The position numbers were made by a program, and so were the translations under genes. Shown here piece after piece: positions 1-8,514 of a DNA stretch of 64,000 nucleotides. Location: contig CAWEPZ010000009.1 in NCBI GenBank assembly GCA_963811105.1, positions 32,001 through 96,000 of the forward strand, given 5' to 3'. Position 1 is the first letter of the stretch; every line of letters starts with the position of its first letter. The notes below the pieces were generated by a model. That model was not told the DNA's origin and ran no database searches. It worked only from the letters and a program-made list of their open reading frames with translations. This DNA is from Candidatus Bathyarchaeota archaeon. Its GTDB lineage: Archaea; Thermoproteota; Bathyarchaeia; Bathyarchaeales; Bathycorpusculaceae.

Positions 1-220
1 CTAAAGCTTTTGTAGCGCTCTCAGGACTGTTGGACCCTGTTCTTGTTACTACCCAAGAATAGACTTCTCCATTGATCATTATGGCAGCCTTAGATCCAAC
101 AGATCCAACATCAACGCCTGCCGTAATTATATCCTTGTTAGTCCATTTCATCCCTGGAACAATTCTATGGTATTCCTGCCACCGCCAATATTCAATGCAA
201 AGGGTGCTTGGTTCCTTCAT
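1..220 (-). CDS. BzdQ-like CoA-substrate-specific ATPase activator (BadF/BadG/BcrA/BcrD family), partial; runs off window start
   Basis: Hand translation from ATG 220: MKEPSTLCIEYWRWQEYHRIVPGMKWTNKDIITAGVDVGSVGSKAAIM...RTGSNSPESA. Has the GxDxGS phosphate loop and an EYWRW N-terminal extension as recalled for BzdQ. ATGA overlap with the upstream gene's stop. Confidence 0.8.
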   Translation of the reverse strand, partial: MKEPSTLCIEYWRWQEYHRIVPGMKWTNKDIITAGVDVGSVGSKAAIMINGEVYSWVVTRTGSNSPESATKAL

Positions 221-1002
221 TTTTGAACCCCTTTTGCTCTGTTAGATCCAATGATTGCTGCACCTAAAGCACCCGCAAACTCGGGGTACTCAGGTATCAA
301 TACGGTGACATTCAACTTTCTGTTCAATGATGCAACAAAACCCACATCTTTAGCAACACCGCCCATTAGCACTACATCAGGGTTAACTCCTAACCTATGT
401 ACCATTGAAGAAATTCGGTCAGCCATAGCATCGAAAACTGCTCGTGCAATTTCAGCTTTAGACTCCTGCCTGTGAATTAATGAAACAACGTCGGATTCAC
501 CGAAAATCACGCATGAAGCGTTTATGGGACTTGCCCTTTCCGCCTCAAGAGACAGAGGCCCCATCTCTTCCAAGTTAACCTCTAAGGCCCTTGCCATAGC
601 TTCGATAAATGTTCCTGCTCCAGCAGCACATCGTTCGTTGACAACAAAGTCAACCATAATTCCTTTTTCGTCACATTTAACCGCGCGTGCTTCTTCAGCG
701 CCCACATCAATTATGGTTCTGGCGCTTCTAAAAAAGTAAATTGCTGCCTTAGCATCCGCCCCCATCATGCTTACTGTGCTGTTGGCGTACGGTGCCATTT
801 CCATAGCCGTACCCGTTGCGACAAAATAGTCGACATCACTTAGCTTTATGTTTGCTCCTTGTAGGACTGCGTCCACTGCTTGTTTAGCTGCTTCAGTCGG
901 GTCAAACCCTGAGAAAACCTGAGCTCTTGATAAAACATCGTTGTCTTTTAGAATTACAGCTTTTATTCTTTGAGTCCCCAAATCCATTCCAACAGTAATC
1001 AT
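217..1002 (-). CDS. BzdP-like ATP-dependent activator (ASKHA ATPase, [4Fe-4S])
   Basis: GMDLGT, IIDVGAEEARA, NERCAAGAGTF and SCVIFGESDVVSLIH motifs of the HgdC/BadFG activase family. Confidence 0.88.
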   Translation of the reverse strand: MITVGMDLGTQRIKAVILKDNDVLSRAQVFSGFDPTEAAKQAVDAVLQGANIKLSDVDYFVATGTAMEMAPYANSTVSMMGADAKAAIYFFRSARTIIDVGAEEARAVKCDEKGIMVDFVVNERCAAGAGTFIEAMARALEVNLEEMGPLSLEAERASPINASCVIFGESDVVSLIHRQESKAEIARAVFDAMADRISSMVHRLGVNPDVVLMGGVAKDVGFVASLNRKLNVTVLIPEYPEFAGALGAAIIGSNRAKGVQK

Positions 1003-1014
1003 GGACTCACCCTT

Positions 1015-2358
1015 TTAAATTTCGATTCTTGAAGTTAGCATTTCAAGGAACGCTTCAACGCGAGTTTTCATTTGACCAACATCTTCTCTAGTGTACTCGG
1101 TATCAAGATAGTAGACAGGGACATTGATTTTGTCAAGGGCTTTCTTGATGCTGGTGTATTCCATTGCGTAGAGCATGCAGCCACGGACAACATAGTAAAT
1201 GACGCCTTGAACATTCCATTCTTTAACCTTGTTTAATAGCCAGTTAATCCTGTCTTCATTGCCATCCTTGGAAGTAAAGCAAGGGCAGGTGGAAGCCATC
1301 AAATACCGGTCTCCAATAGCCCTAAGCATATCATCCATTGACCATTCATCAACTCCGACGGGATCATTTAGTATTCTTTCGCCTGAACACAATTCATCTG
1401 CAACAATAATGCCCTTTGGGTTAGCTTCTTCAACTAGATTGGGTAGCTTCCAGTTATCAGGCCAAAACATTGGTGTTCCTGTGATTAATACACGAGGCGT
1501 ATCTGGTGGACAAACCCATTCTTTGCGTTCTACTCGCTTATCGAGCTCACTGCATAAAGCTTCCGTTTTCTCAGTCCACCTCTTCTTATCATCCCACAAA
1601 TATGCTTGATTGACAAGCATAGCATCTCTACCCATAATCACCGGTGGCCCCTTACGCAAATCTTGCAGGCGGCGGAATGCTTTTGTTGCCCTTTGAGTTT
1701 GCTCAATAGCAGCTTTCAGATTATTACGAGTAATCTTGTGGCCAGTAAACTGTTCAATCTGTACTTTCATGTTCTTTATTTCATCGTTCCAGAAGCGAAG
1801 TGAATGCGTGGAATCTTTAACTCTTGGCGTATTCATGTTCCAAACAGTCTTGTAATCACTCAATATTTCGCTTAGTTTGGTCATCCCATCGCATGTTAGA
1901 ACGCTAATCAAAGCATCGCTTTGTTCAAGAAAAGGTGAGAGTTCAATCATTTTTGCACCAATGGTCGAACGAATAACTGGACAAACCTCCACTGGGACCA
2001 CTCTGTCTCCCAGTTTTGAAGTATCATACCAGCCAGAACTTACTCTTACCGGTATAGCATCAGCTGCTAAAATTAACTCTGTAGGTGCGAACAAGCACAT
2101 GTAACCAATAACTTTCTTTCCTTTTTCCTTCTCAGCCTGAATTTCTTGTTGGCGACTACCAAACAAGTTTGCCATCTTATCGAAATACTCCATTGCTTTG
2201 GGCCTGTTGGGGTCAGCTTTCTTCATGCGTTCGATGTTCTCAGCAATTACTTTCTGAGAGGCGGTTTTGATAGTGTTCCTAAGCTCTTCCATTTCTTTCT
2301 TGGGCATTTCGCTTGTATACTTTTTTTCTACTTTTTCGTTCTTCATTCTTACCTTCAC
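1015..2358 (-). CDS. 2-hydroxyacyl-CoA dehydratase D-fold protein, double-cubane cluster reductase (DCCP) type
   Basis: KKVIGYMCLFAPTELILAA, VCPVIRS, TCDG, ELCSG, TCPCF, RGC, and a C-terminal TEY...GQMKTRVEAFLEM. Confidence 0.8.
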   Translation of the reverse strand: MKVRMKNEKVEKKYTSEMPKKEMEELRNTIKTASQKVIAENIERMKKADPNRPKAMEYFDKMANLFGSRQQEIQAEKEKGKKVIGYMCLFAPTELILAADAIPVRVSSGWYDTSKLGDRVVPVEVCPVIRSTIGAKMIELSPFLEQSDALISVLTCDGMTKLSEILSDYKTVWNMNTPRVKDSTHSLRFWNDEIKNMKVQIEQFTGHKITRNNLKAAIEQTQRATKAFRRLQDLRKGPPVIMGRDAMLVNQAYLWDDKKRWTEKTEALCSELDKRVERKEWVCPPDTPRVLITGTPMFWPDNWKLPNLVEEANPKGIIVADELCSGERILNDPVGVDEWSMDDMLRAIGDRYLMASTCPCFTSKDGNEDRINWLLNKVKEWNVQGVIYYVVRGCMLYAMEYTSIKKALDKINVPVYYLDTEYTREDVGQMKTRVEAFLEMLTSRIEI

Positions 2359-3350
2359 TCACTTGATGACGGTTCTAACCAGTTTCTTGATTTGAACAAA
2401 GTTTTATTTGCAAACTTAACCTTCAAAGTGTCTTCATAAGGGCACATTTCAGCACAACGGGCGCAAACCACGCACATTGAAGTGTTTATTTTTCCTCCTT
2501 TTTGCTCGTAGACCTCTGTAACTTGTAATGGGCAAACTCTACTGCACACGCCGCATTTAGTGCATTTTTCTTCATCTTTTTCAATATAAAACAGCGGTGC
2601 CCACTTAAAACCATTAAATCTGTTCACGATCGCTAATGAGATGCCAGTGGGGCAGAAGCGGCACCAAAATCGCCTTGTAAAGAATGAGCCTGCCAATGTC
2701 AAACCGATAAACATAAGAGCTATTATTTGACCAAGGTTTTGACCAAAGTAAGCGATTATATCTTGGACGTATTGGTAGGTGAAATTAATTTGGAACAATG
2801 CTATAGCACCCCCCGTCCATGGTACAATATTTGGAATCAATGGGTCAATTAGAACGCTGTATGGTCGGAAAGGACCACCCAAAACTTTTGCCAAAATTAT
2901 GGCGGTGTTGAAATCTGTGGGTGGCTGAATTAACCATAAATAGATTGGAATAAGCAAGAAAAAAAGAGCAATTGCATACCTTGATTTGTGGAGACTCTTG
3001 TTGAGCTTTTCAGGTAGGCTTCTATGACGTATTTTGAATGCTTTCCTTAGAAGCGTAACCACATCCAAGAGAAAAGCGAATGGACAAACCCAACCGCAAT
3101 ACATTCGACCTAAAACAAGAGTTACTGCAAGAATAATTATCAATACATAGAGAAGTGGGACTGTAAAGGTAAAAAAATAAAATAGTGCTGCAAATGATAC
3201 CGCCTGAATTACTAGCCTTACGTAAGTAACTCTTGCAGTCAAGTTCTTCTTCCATATTAGAATGGCAGCTATCCCTGCTACCCCTAGGCCCACAAGCACT
3301 ATAGTTTTAAGTATGTTGCCGATTAGTTCCCAGTCCATTCTTTTCGCCAA
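2355..3350 (-). CDS. NapH/MauN-type membrane polyferredoxin (4Fe-4S binding protein)
   Basis: GRMYCGWVCP and RFWCRFCP motifs, two CxxCxxCxxxCP ferredoxin motifs, several TM helices. Confidence 0.88.
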   Translation of the reverse strand: MAKRMDWELIGNILKTIVLVGLGVAGIAAILIWKKNLTARVTYVRLVIQAVSFAALFYFFTFTVPLLYVLIIILAVTLVLGRMYCGWVCPFAFLLDVVTLLRKAFKIRHRSLPEKLNKSLHKSRYAIALFFLLIPIYLWLIQPPTDFNTAIILAKVLGGPFRPYSVLIDPLIPNIVPWTGGAIALFQINFTYQYVQDIIAYFGQNLGQIIALMFIGLTLAGSFFTRRFWCRFCPTGISLAIVNRFNGFKWAPLFYIEKDEEKCTKCGVCSRVCPLQVTEVYEQKGGKINTSMCVVCARCAEMCPYEDTLKVKFANKTLFKSRNWLEPSSSE

Positions 3351-3365
3351 TGTTCAACTTTTGAA

Positions 3366-5591
3366 TTACTGAATTATTCTCGTGTTGTAGTCTCTAAGGT
3401 ATGCTAAGTGTGCCGCATCGTACGGGTAAGTTTCTGTCGCAGGATATGGGAAGCCGCTCATATCCATGAAAGGCAAGGGATTCACTGTGAAAGTAAATCC
3501 GTAGCCCCATTGTCCTGGTGGATCCTTAAACCAGCATGCGACAATAAGGAAGTAGTCTCTCACCATGCCAGGTGCTGGTGCTGAGAGATTAGTTGTTGGG
3601 AATAGAAGTTCTACCTGGTCGCCTTGGCGTCCAATCGCAAACATGTCATCTGCATTTTGAATGAGCGGTGTTACGTCACCGTATCTTGTGAAGTTGCCTG
3701 TAGAGTTAGTTGCGAAATCCCACCATGGGCTAAGGGTTGCAGTGGGGCTAATTTTTTGAACTTTTATGGTTTGTTGAGTCGTTGTGTCAATTCCGATATA
3801 GTCGTATGTTACGTTCCAGGAGTTGGTGATTCTTATTTGAAAGTCTGTAATGCCCTTGGGAAATAGTCCTGTTAAGTCAACAACAAAAGTTCTAGGGTTA
3901 GAGTCTGAAGGTACTGGTATTTGTCTATCCGCGGGGGCTCGTACCCAACTACCGTCTAAAGTTTTGATTTCCATATAAGTTGGCGGAGTAACCTGAGTGC
4001 CATTTGGTAAAAGTCCTTGGGCAACTGCTGTTCGGAGCGTGTCTATCCAGTTGTAATACGCCTCATATGATCCCCAATCAACTATTCCAGTCATTACTAG
4101 CTTAATTTGCTGTGCAGAAGATAGATCTCCTAAATCAAGCGTCAATTGATTTATTGTTGGGTTGTTATAAGATGGACTGAGATTCACGTTATTTCCAGGA
4201 GTATAAACGCCGTCTGACTGTAAGATTTTGGAGAGAACATTTTGGCCTTTTTCGTTGGTCGCTGAAACTGGCGATAACGTATTGGTTTTGTTTACTGTAT
4301 AAATTTGTTCATTTAGGCCCTTGTAAAGATAATTGGTCATGGTTGTATAGGCATCGGTGCCTGCTGGGTGGTCTACTACAATCATGTACGCTGCATCTAA
4401 GTAGAAGAGTTCATCCCATTTTTGAGAAAGAGTCATGTCATAGTAGCTATCGCCATTAATTGTCTTAGTTGCTATTACATTGCTATCAAGCTTAACGTAA
4501 TCCCACGGGTTTCCTCCATTGAACACGACTTCGCCATTTGAATTTATATAGCCCGTATATCCTAGCCAGCCAGAGTTTGAAACATCAGTGACATACGAGT
4601 TCCCTGTTCCATTCCATACGTAAAGTGATGGGCAAGAGGCATAACCACTGATTGTTACATAGGATGCAACAAGTATTCTGTAATTGTCTAGGGTAAACGT
4701 CTTTGAAGGGCTCTCTGTACCATCATTCCAATGTGTAAACTGAACCACTCCAGTTCCAACATCATAAGGACTGGGCACGGTTACTGTATACTCTCCAACA
4801 GGTACCAACTCTCTATACGGAGTCCCATATGAATGTCCATTTAGGGTAAACGGTAAGGGTTTGCCGACACCACCATTCCTAGTAATAAATAACGTATGAT
4901 ACCCAGTTTTTACAACTTCAAATGATCCTGTAAGAGTGTTTATTTTGACGTTATGGTAACCTTCTGACGTTGCATTAACAGTAAATACAATTTCCTCACT
5001 TGCTTGAGCATCTAGCTGGATAAATTGCGTTTGCACTATCGTGTTATCAACGGTTAATTTAATCGTAATCTTATCGCTTTCCGGCGAGGAATTTTTTGCA
5101 GTGGCAGTTATGTTAACAGGTTGGTCGACCCAAACCTCAAATGGTTCAGATACTAAATTTGACAATATAATTTTGCTTGATTCAGGAGGGGCTGGTTTAA
5201 TTGTAAAGTTTCCAACCAAATTGTCAACTGAAACGTTATAGTTGCCTTCCGCAGTTTCGATGTCAGTGAACTGAACAGTCTGTGATGAGTTGCCGGCAAG
5301 TGTTATGTTTTCTGCATCTCTGATTATGTCATTAATTCTAAAGTTTACCGTTTTATTGCCTTCTAAATCGCCGGTATTAGTGACATTAACCGATATTAGC
5401 ACTGCCTCGCCTGGATACACCTCAAGAGGATCAATGATTAGGTCTTTTAGAGCAAATTTAGCTGGCCTTGAAGCACCCACTATCATACCTTGGCTCGTAA
5501 GAAAAATAAAAGCTCCTGCAGCAGCACCGACAATGATAACATCGATTAAGAGAATTGCCTTCAGTTTAACCATCGCTGAACGCGACAACAT
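3366..5591 (-). CDS. Membrane-anchored surface protein with two CARDB/Ig-like domains and a large SCPxLYxWNG-initiated C-terminal domain
   Basis: N-terminal TM helix, repeated V(N)VTNxG-type Ig motifs, many NxS/T sequons. Confidence 0.7.
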   Translation of the reverse strand: MLSRSAMVKLKAILLIDVIIVGAAAGAFIFLTSQGMIVGASRPAKFALKDLIIDPLEVYPGEAVLISVNVTNTGDLEGNKTVNFRINDIIRDAENITLAGNSSQTVQFTDIETAEGNYNVSVDNLVGNFTIKPAPPESSKIILSNLVSEPFEVWVDQPVNITATAKNSSPESDKITIKLTVDNTIVQTQFIQLDAQASEEIVFTVNATSEGYHNVKINTLTGSFEVVKTGYHTLFITRNGGVGKPLPFTLNGHSYGTPYRELVPVGEYTVTVPSPYDVGTGVVQFTHWNDGTESPSKTFTLDNYRILVASYVTISGYASCPSLYVWNGTGNSYVTDVSNSGWLGYTGYINSNGEVVFNGGNPWDYVKLDSNVIATKTINGDSYYDMTLSQKWDELFYLDAAYMIVVDHPAGTDAYTTMTNYLYKGLNEQIYTVNKTNTLSPVSATNEKGQNVLSKILQSDGVYTPGNNVNLSPSYNNPTINQLTLDLGDLSSAQQIKLVMTGIVDWGSYEAYYNWIDTLRTAVAQGLLPNGTQVTPPTYMEIKTLDGSWVRAPADRQIPVPSDSNPRTFVVDLTGLFPKGITDFQIRITNSWNVTYDYIGIDTTTQQTIKVQKISPTATLSPWWDFATNSTGNFTRYGDVTPLIQNADDMFAIGRQGDQVELLFPTTNLSAPAPGMVRDYFLIVACWFKDPPGQWGYGFTFTVNPLPFMDMSGFPYPATETYPYDAAHLAYLRDYNTRIIQ

Positions 5592-5733
5592 CCTAATTTA
5601 TGCTCTCCTCAACAGTTAACTGCATAGACTACTATATAATTTATGCGAACTAATTTTTTTTAGAGCGATTTTTTCAGCAAAGCAGAATTTTTTCTTTTGG
5701 TTAGAACAAGATAATCGTAGCAATAATTTTCCA

Positions 5734-7107
5734 TTATGAGCATTCTGGCTCTATATGGACGGTAACAACTGCATTTGCAAAGCGCTCCTTAGTTTCTTTC
5801 TCAACCTGTGAAGCAATACTGTGAGCTTTTTTGATTTGAATGTGCTTAGTAAAACAGCAGTCAATATTGATATAGCGTTTCCCATCGGCAGCATAAGTAA
5901 CTATTCGCTTAATCCGCAGATGCTCACCTATACCTTTGCTAACTTCATTAACAACTTTTCGAAGTTGAGCCTCATCAACCTCAGAAGATGGAACCCCCCC
6001 TACACTTGAAGGCTCAACATGAACAGTGATGTTCGCTAGCGGCTTAATCTCCACATTCATTCTTCCTTCAATAGTTTCTGCAATTTTATGTGCTTCTTCA
6101 ACTGATAATTCAGGGTCAACGTAGGCGTGCAAAGTAATGTAGAATTTACCACCTGTATAAACAGTAGAGATTTCATGGACCTCTTTAACGCCATCTACTG
6201 TCGCAAGTTTCTCTATCATCTGATCCATTTTTGCGTCTTTTTCAGAAGGCTCAATATGTGTTGTGGCGTCAACGTTACCCAGAGACTGTTTGAGGTCTGC
6301 TTCAATTTTGGATGCCAAGGAATGTGCTTCTTCCAAGCTCATGTGACTTGAAACTTGAATAGTTGTTTCTATGAAGATTTTGGAGCTTACTTTGCGAACT
6401 TTGAGATTTTCTGTTTTAACAACTCCTTCGTGTGAAAGGATGACTTTTTTGGTTTTTTGCACTAGTTCTCTTGACGCGGTGTCACTAAGTTCCAATATGC
6501 TGGTTCTAACAAGTTTGGAACTCAAATAACTAAGCATGATTCCAAGGAAAATTGATGCAAGAGCGTCGCCATAGAAAAAGCCCAAGGTTGCCAAGCCAAA
6601 GCCCAATAATGCAATCAAAGTTGAACTCAAATCTGCGATAGCGTCGTAGAGGCCAGCTTTCATTGAGGCACTTTGGATATGCTGGGTTTTTCTAAAAACA
6701 GTAACTCGTAATGAAGCAACGAACAGCGCATAACCGATTGCAATGAAACCTGCAACTTCTATCCCTTGAGCAATCTGCGAATGCTGCATCAATCTTGAAG
6801 CTGCTTCATAGAAAATCAAGAATGCCACAGCGATTAAAACTATTCCACCGATAAGTCCACCTATTGTTTCAAACTTTTCGTGTCCATATGTGTGTTCTTC
6901 GTCAGGAGGCTTAATTGAAGCACGAACCGCAAGAAACAACATGACCGTTGAGACTGCATCAAGCAAAGCGTGCAAGCCATCGCTGAGTATGGCTAAACTG
7001 TTAACAAATAAACCTACAGAAACCTCAACTATTACAACACTGAAGATCGCCACCGCTGAGATCTGTAATGCCTTTAGTTTGTATTTTCCTTCTGAAGCGG
7101 ATTGCAT
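5734..7107 (-). CDS. Cation diffusion facilitator (FieF-like) transporter with three C-terminal dimerisation domains
   Basis: SLAILSDGLHALLD, PPDEEHTYGHEKFE, and three H(I/V)EP-terminated repeats. Confidence 0.9.
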   Translation of the reverse strand: MQSASEGKYKLKALQISAVAIFSVVIVEVSVGLFVNSLAILSDGLHALLDAVSTVMLFLAVRASIKPPDEEHTYGHEKFETIGGLIGGIVLIAVAFLIFYEAASRLMQHSQIAQGIEVAGFIAIGYALFVASLRVTVFRKTQHIQSASMKAGLYDAIADLSSTLIALLGFGLATLGFFYGDALASIFLGIMLSYLSSKLVRTSILELSDTASRELVQKTKKVILSHEGVVKTENLKVRKVSSKIFIETTIQVSSHMSLEEAHSLASKIEADLKQSLGNVDATTHIEPSEKDAKMDQMIEKLATVDGVKEVHEISTVYTGGKFYITLHAYVDPELSVEEAHKIAETIEGRMNVEIKPLANITVHVEPSSVGGVPSSEVDEAQLRKVVNEVSKGIGEHLRIKRIVTYAADGKRYINIDCCFTKHIQIKKAHSIASQVEKETKERFANAVVTVHIEPECS

Positions 7108-7393
7108 TGGATTTAATCTAAATATGCTCGTTTTAAGGGCGATTTAAGAATTGTGGGTTAAACTTAATTCTTTGTCATACTTTTATAAGAAAGCATGGTT
7201 CCTGGCTTTCAATTGAAATAGCTATAAAATTTAGGGGTACGGTTACTTGCTGCGTGTTTTCAAATTTTAGTCGGTTTCCTTAAACATTTTTGGCTCCTTA
7301 ACTTCCATTTATATTATTAGCGGTTGCTCCGCTACCGTTTTCCATATTTGTTTTTCTAAAAGTGCATGAACCGAGCGTTGAGAAATATAGTAT

Positions 7394-8344
7394 TTAATCA
7401 ATCGGTTCTTCAAGGATTACCGATAAAGTCCTTGCCCTTTTAGGTGGATATATGGTGGCTGCTTTGGAGTTATTCCAGGATCTGTCAAAGCTCTTTTGGA
7501 AGAACATTACCATTTTTTTGTCGTTTGTCCATAAAATGCATGGAAGTTCTGTCTCAGTTTTCTTTTGCAAGGTTATCCAAAGTTCATTTTGGTCAATAAC
7601 ATAGTAAGATAAAAGTTCATTTGTGTTGGCTATTTTTACTTCGAAATTGCGGTTTTTTGGGATGATGGGTGTAATAACTTTCATAACTTCATTTTTACTA
7701 GAGTTTTCTACGATCATGCGAGTTTTTACTTTTTTCGTTAGTTGCTCTAAATGACTACGTAAATTCTTTGTGATGGCTGTAATTAATTCAAGATTGACAA
7801 TTAAATCATATGAAAGATTAGCGCCTTCAAAAGTCATAGCCGCTCTGTTCTTTACTTGTTCATCGGTTATCAGAGGAATGAATAAATCTTCACAACGCGT
7901 TTTCTCTTTTGGCTGATGGTTCTCGATTTCTTCCGTTAGCTCTCTCAAGTTGTTTTCCAAATGAGAAATTTTTTTACATGTCTTTTCTTTTTCAGTTGCA
8001 ACCAAACGGCCTAATGCTTTTTGTATAGGGATCGCTCCGACCAAAGCTGGTTTGTCTATTGTTCTTGTGATTAAGCCTTTTTTTTCGAGCGTTGGAATTA
8101 TTTTGTAGATGTCTTGGCGATGTAGTTGACTGATTTTAGAAATTTCGCCGACTGTAATTGACCCATTCTGGACTACGCTCAGATATACTTTTGCCTGATT
8201 AATTGTAAAGCCAAACTCTGCTAATTTGGAAACCAAGTCTTCCTGCATATGCCCTACCAGCGTCTGATCTTTCCTCTCATGTTGAAATGCTTTAACCCTG
8301 CTACAAGAATTGCGCTTTTGGTAATAATACTTTCGATAGTCCAC
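7394..8344 (-). CDS. TrmB-family transcriptional regulator (likely start ATG 8248)
   Basis: FGFTINQAKVYL...EISKISQLHRQDIYKIIPTLEKKGL HTH, coiled coil, and a PLD-like effector domain (VIDQNELWI...WTND...FDRSW). Confidence 0.85.
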   Translation of the reverse strand: MDYRKYYYQKRNSCSRVKAFQHERKDQTLVGHMQEDLVSKLAEFGFTINQAKVYLSVVQNGSITVGEISKISQLHRQDIYKIIPTLEKKGLITRTIDKPALVGAIPIQKALGRLVATEKEKTCKKISHLENNLRELTEEIENHQPKEKTRCEDLFIPLITDEQVKNRAAMTFEGANLSYDLIVNLELITAITKNLRSHLEQLTKKVKTRMIVENSSKNEVMKVITPIIPKNRNFEVKIANTNELLSYYVIDQNELWITLQKKTETELPCILWTNDKKMVMFFQKSFDRSWNNSKAATIYPPKRARTLSVILEEPID

Positions 8345-8379
8345 TTGATTTCAAGGTCAAAATGAACATTTATGGCACC

Positions 8380-8417
8380 TTGTCACAAGTGGCTACTTTC
8401 CACTCACAATTATAAGC
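8380..8417 (+). promoter_or_regulatory. Upstream motif plus TATA box of paralog 1
   Basis: AGTGGCTACTTTCCAC-N6-TTATAAGC, with the same spacing as at 11345-11375 and 14253-14282. Confidence 0.7.
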
Positions 8418-8445
8418 GCCAATAAGATATAATGTGCGCTTGGTA

Positions 8446-8482
8446 GGAGGGCTTAATGTTTCTTAAGAAGCTTTTGCCCTCC
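8446..8482 (+). ncRNA. 5'-leader stem-loop, copy 1
   Basis: GGAGGGC pairs with GCCCTCC; apical GTTTC-TTAA-GAAGC. Confidence 0.55.
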
Positions 8483-8514
8483 CACAAACAAAATTTCAGG
8501 AAAAGAAAAGAAAA

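Noticed and set aside
1-2358. Calling the cluster a canonical benzoyl-CoA reductase
   Set aside because: Only one dehydratase-like subunit is visible and its motifs fit the double-cubane type better; gene symbols withheld.
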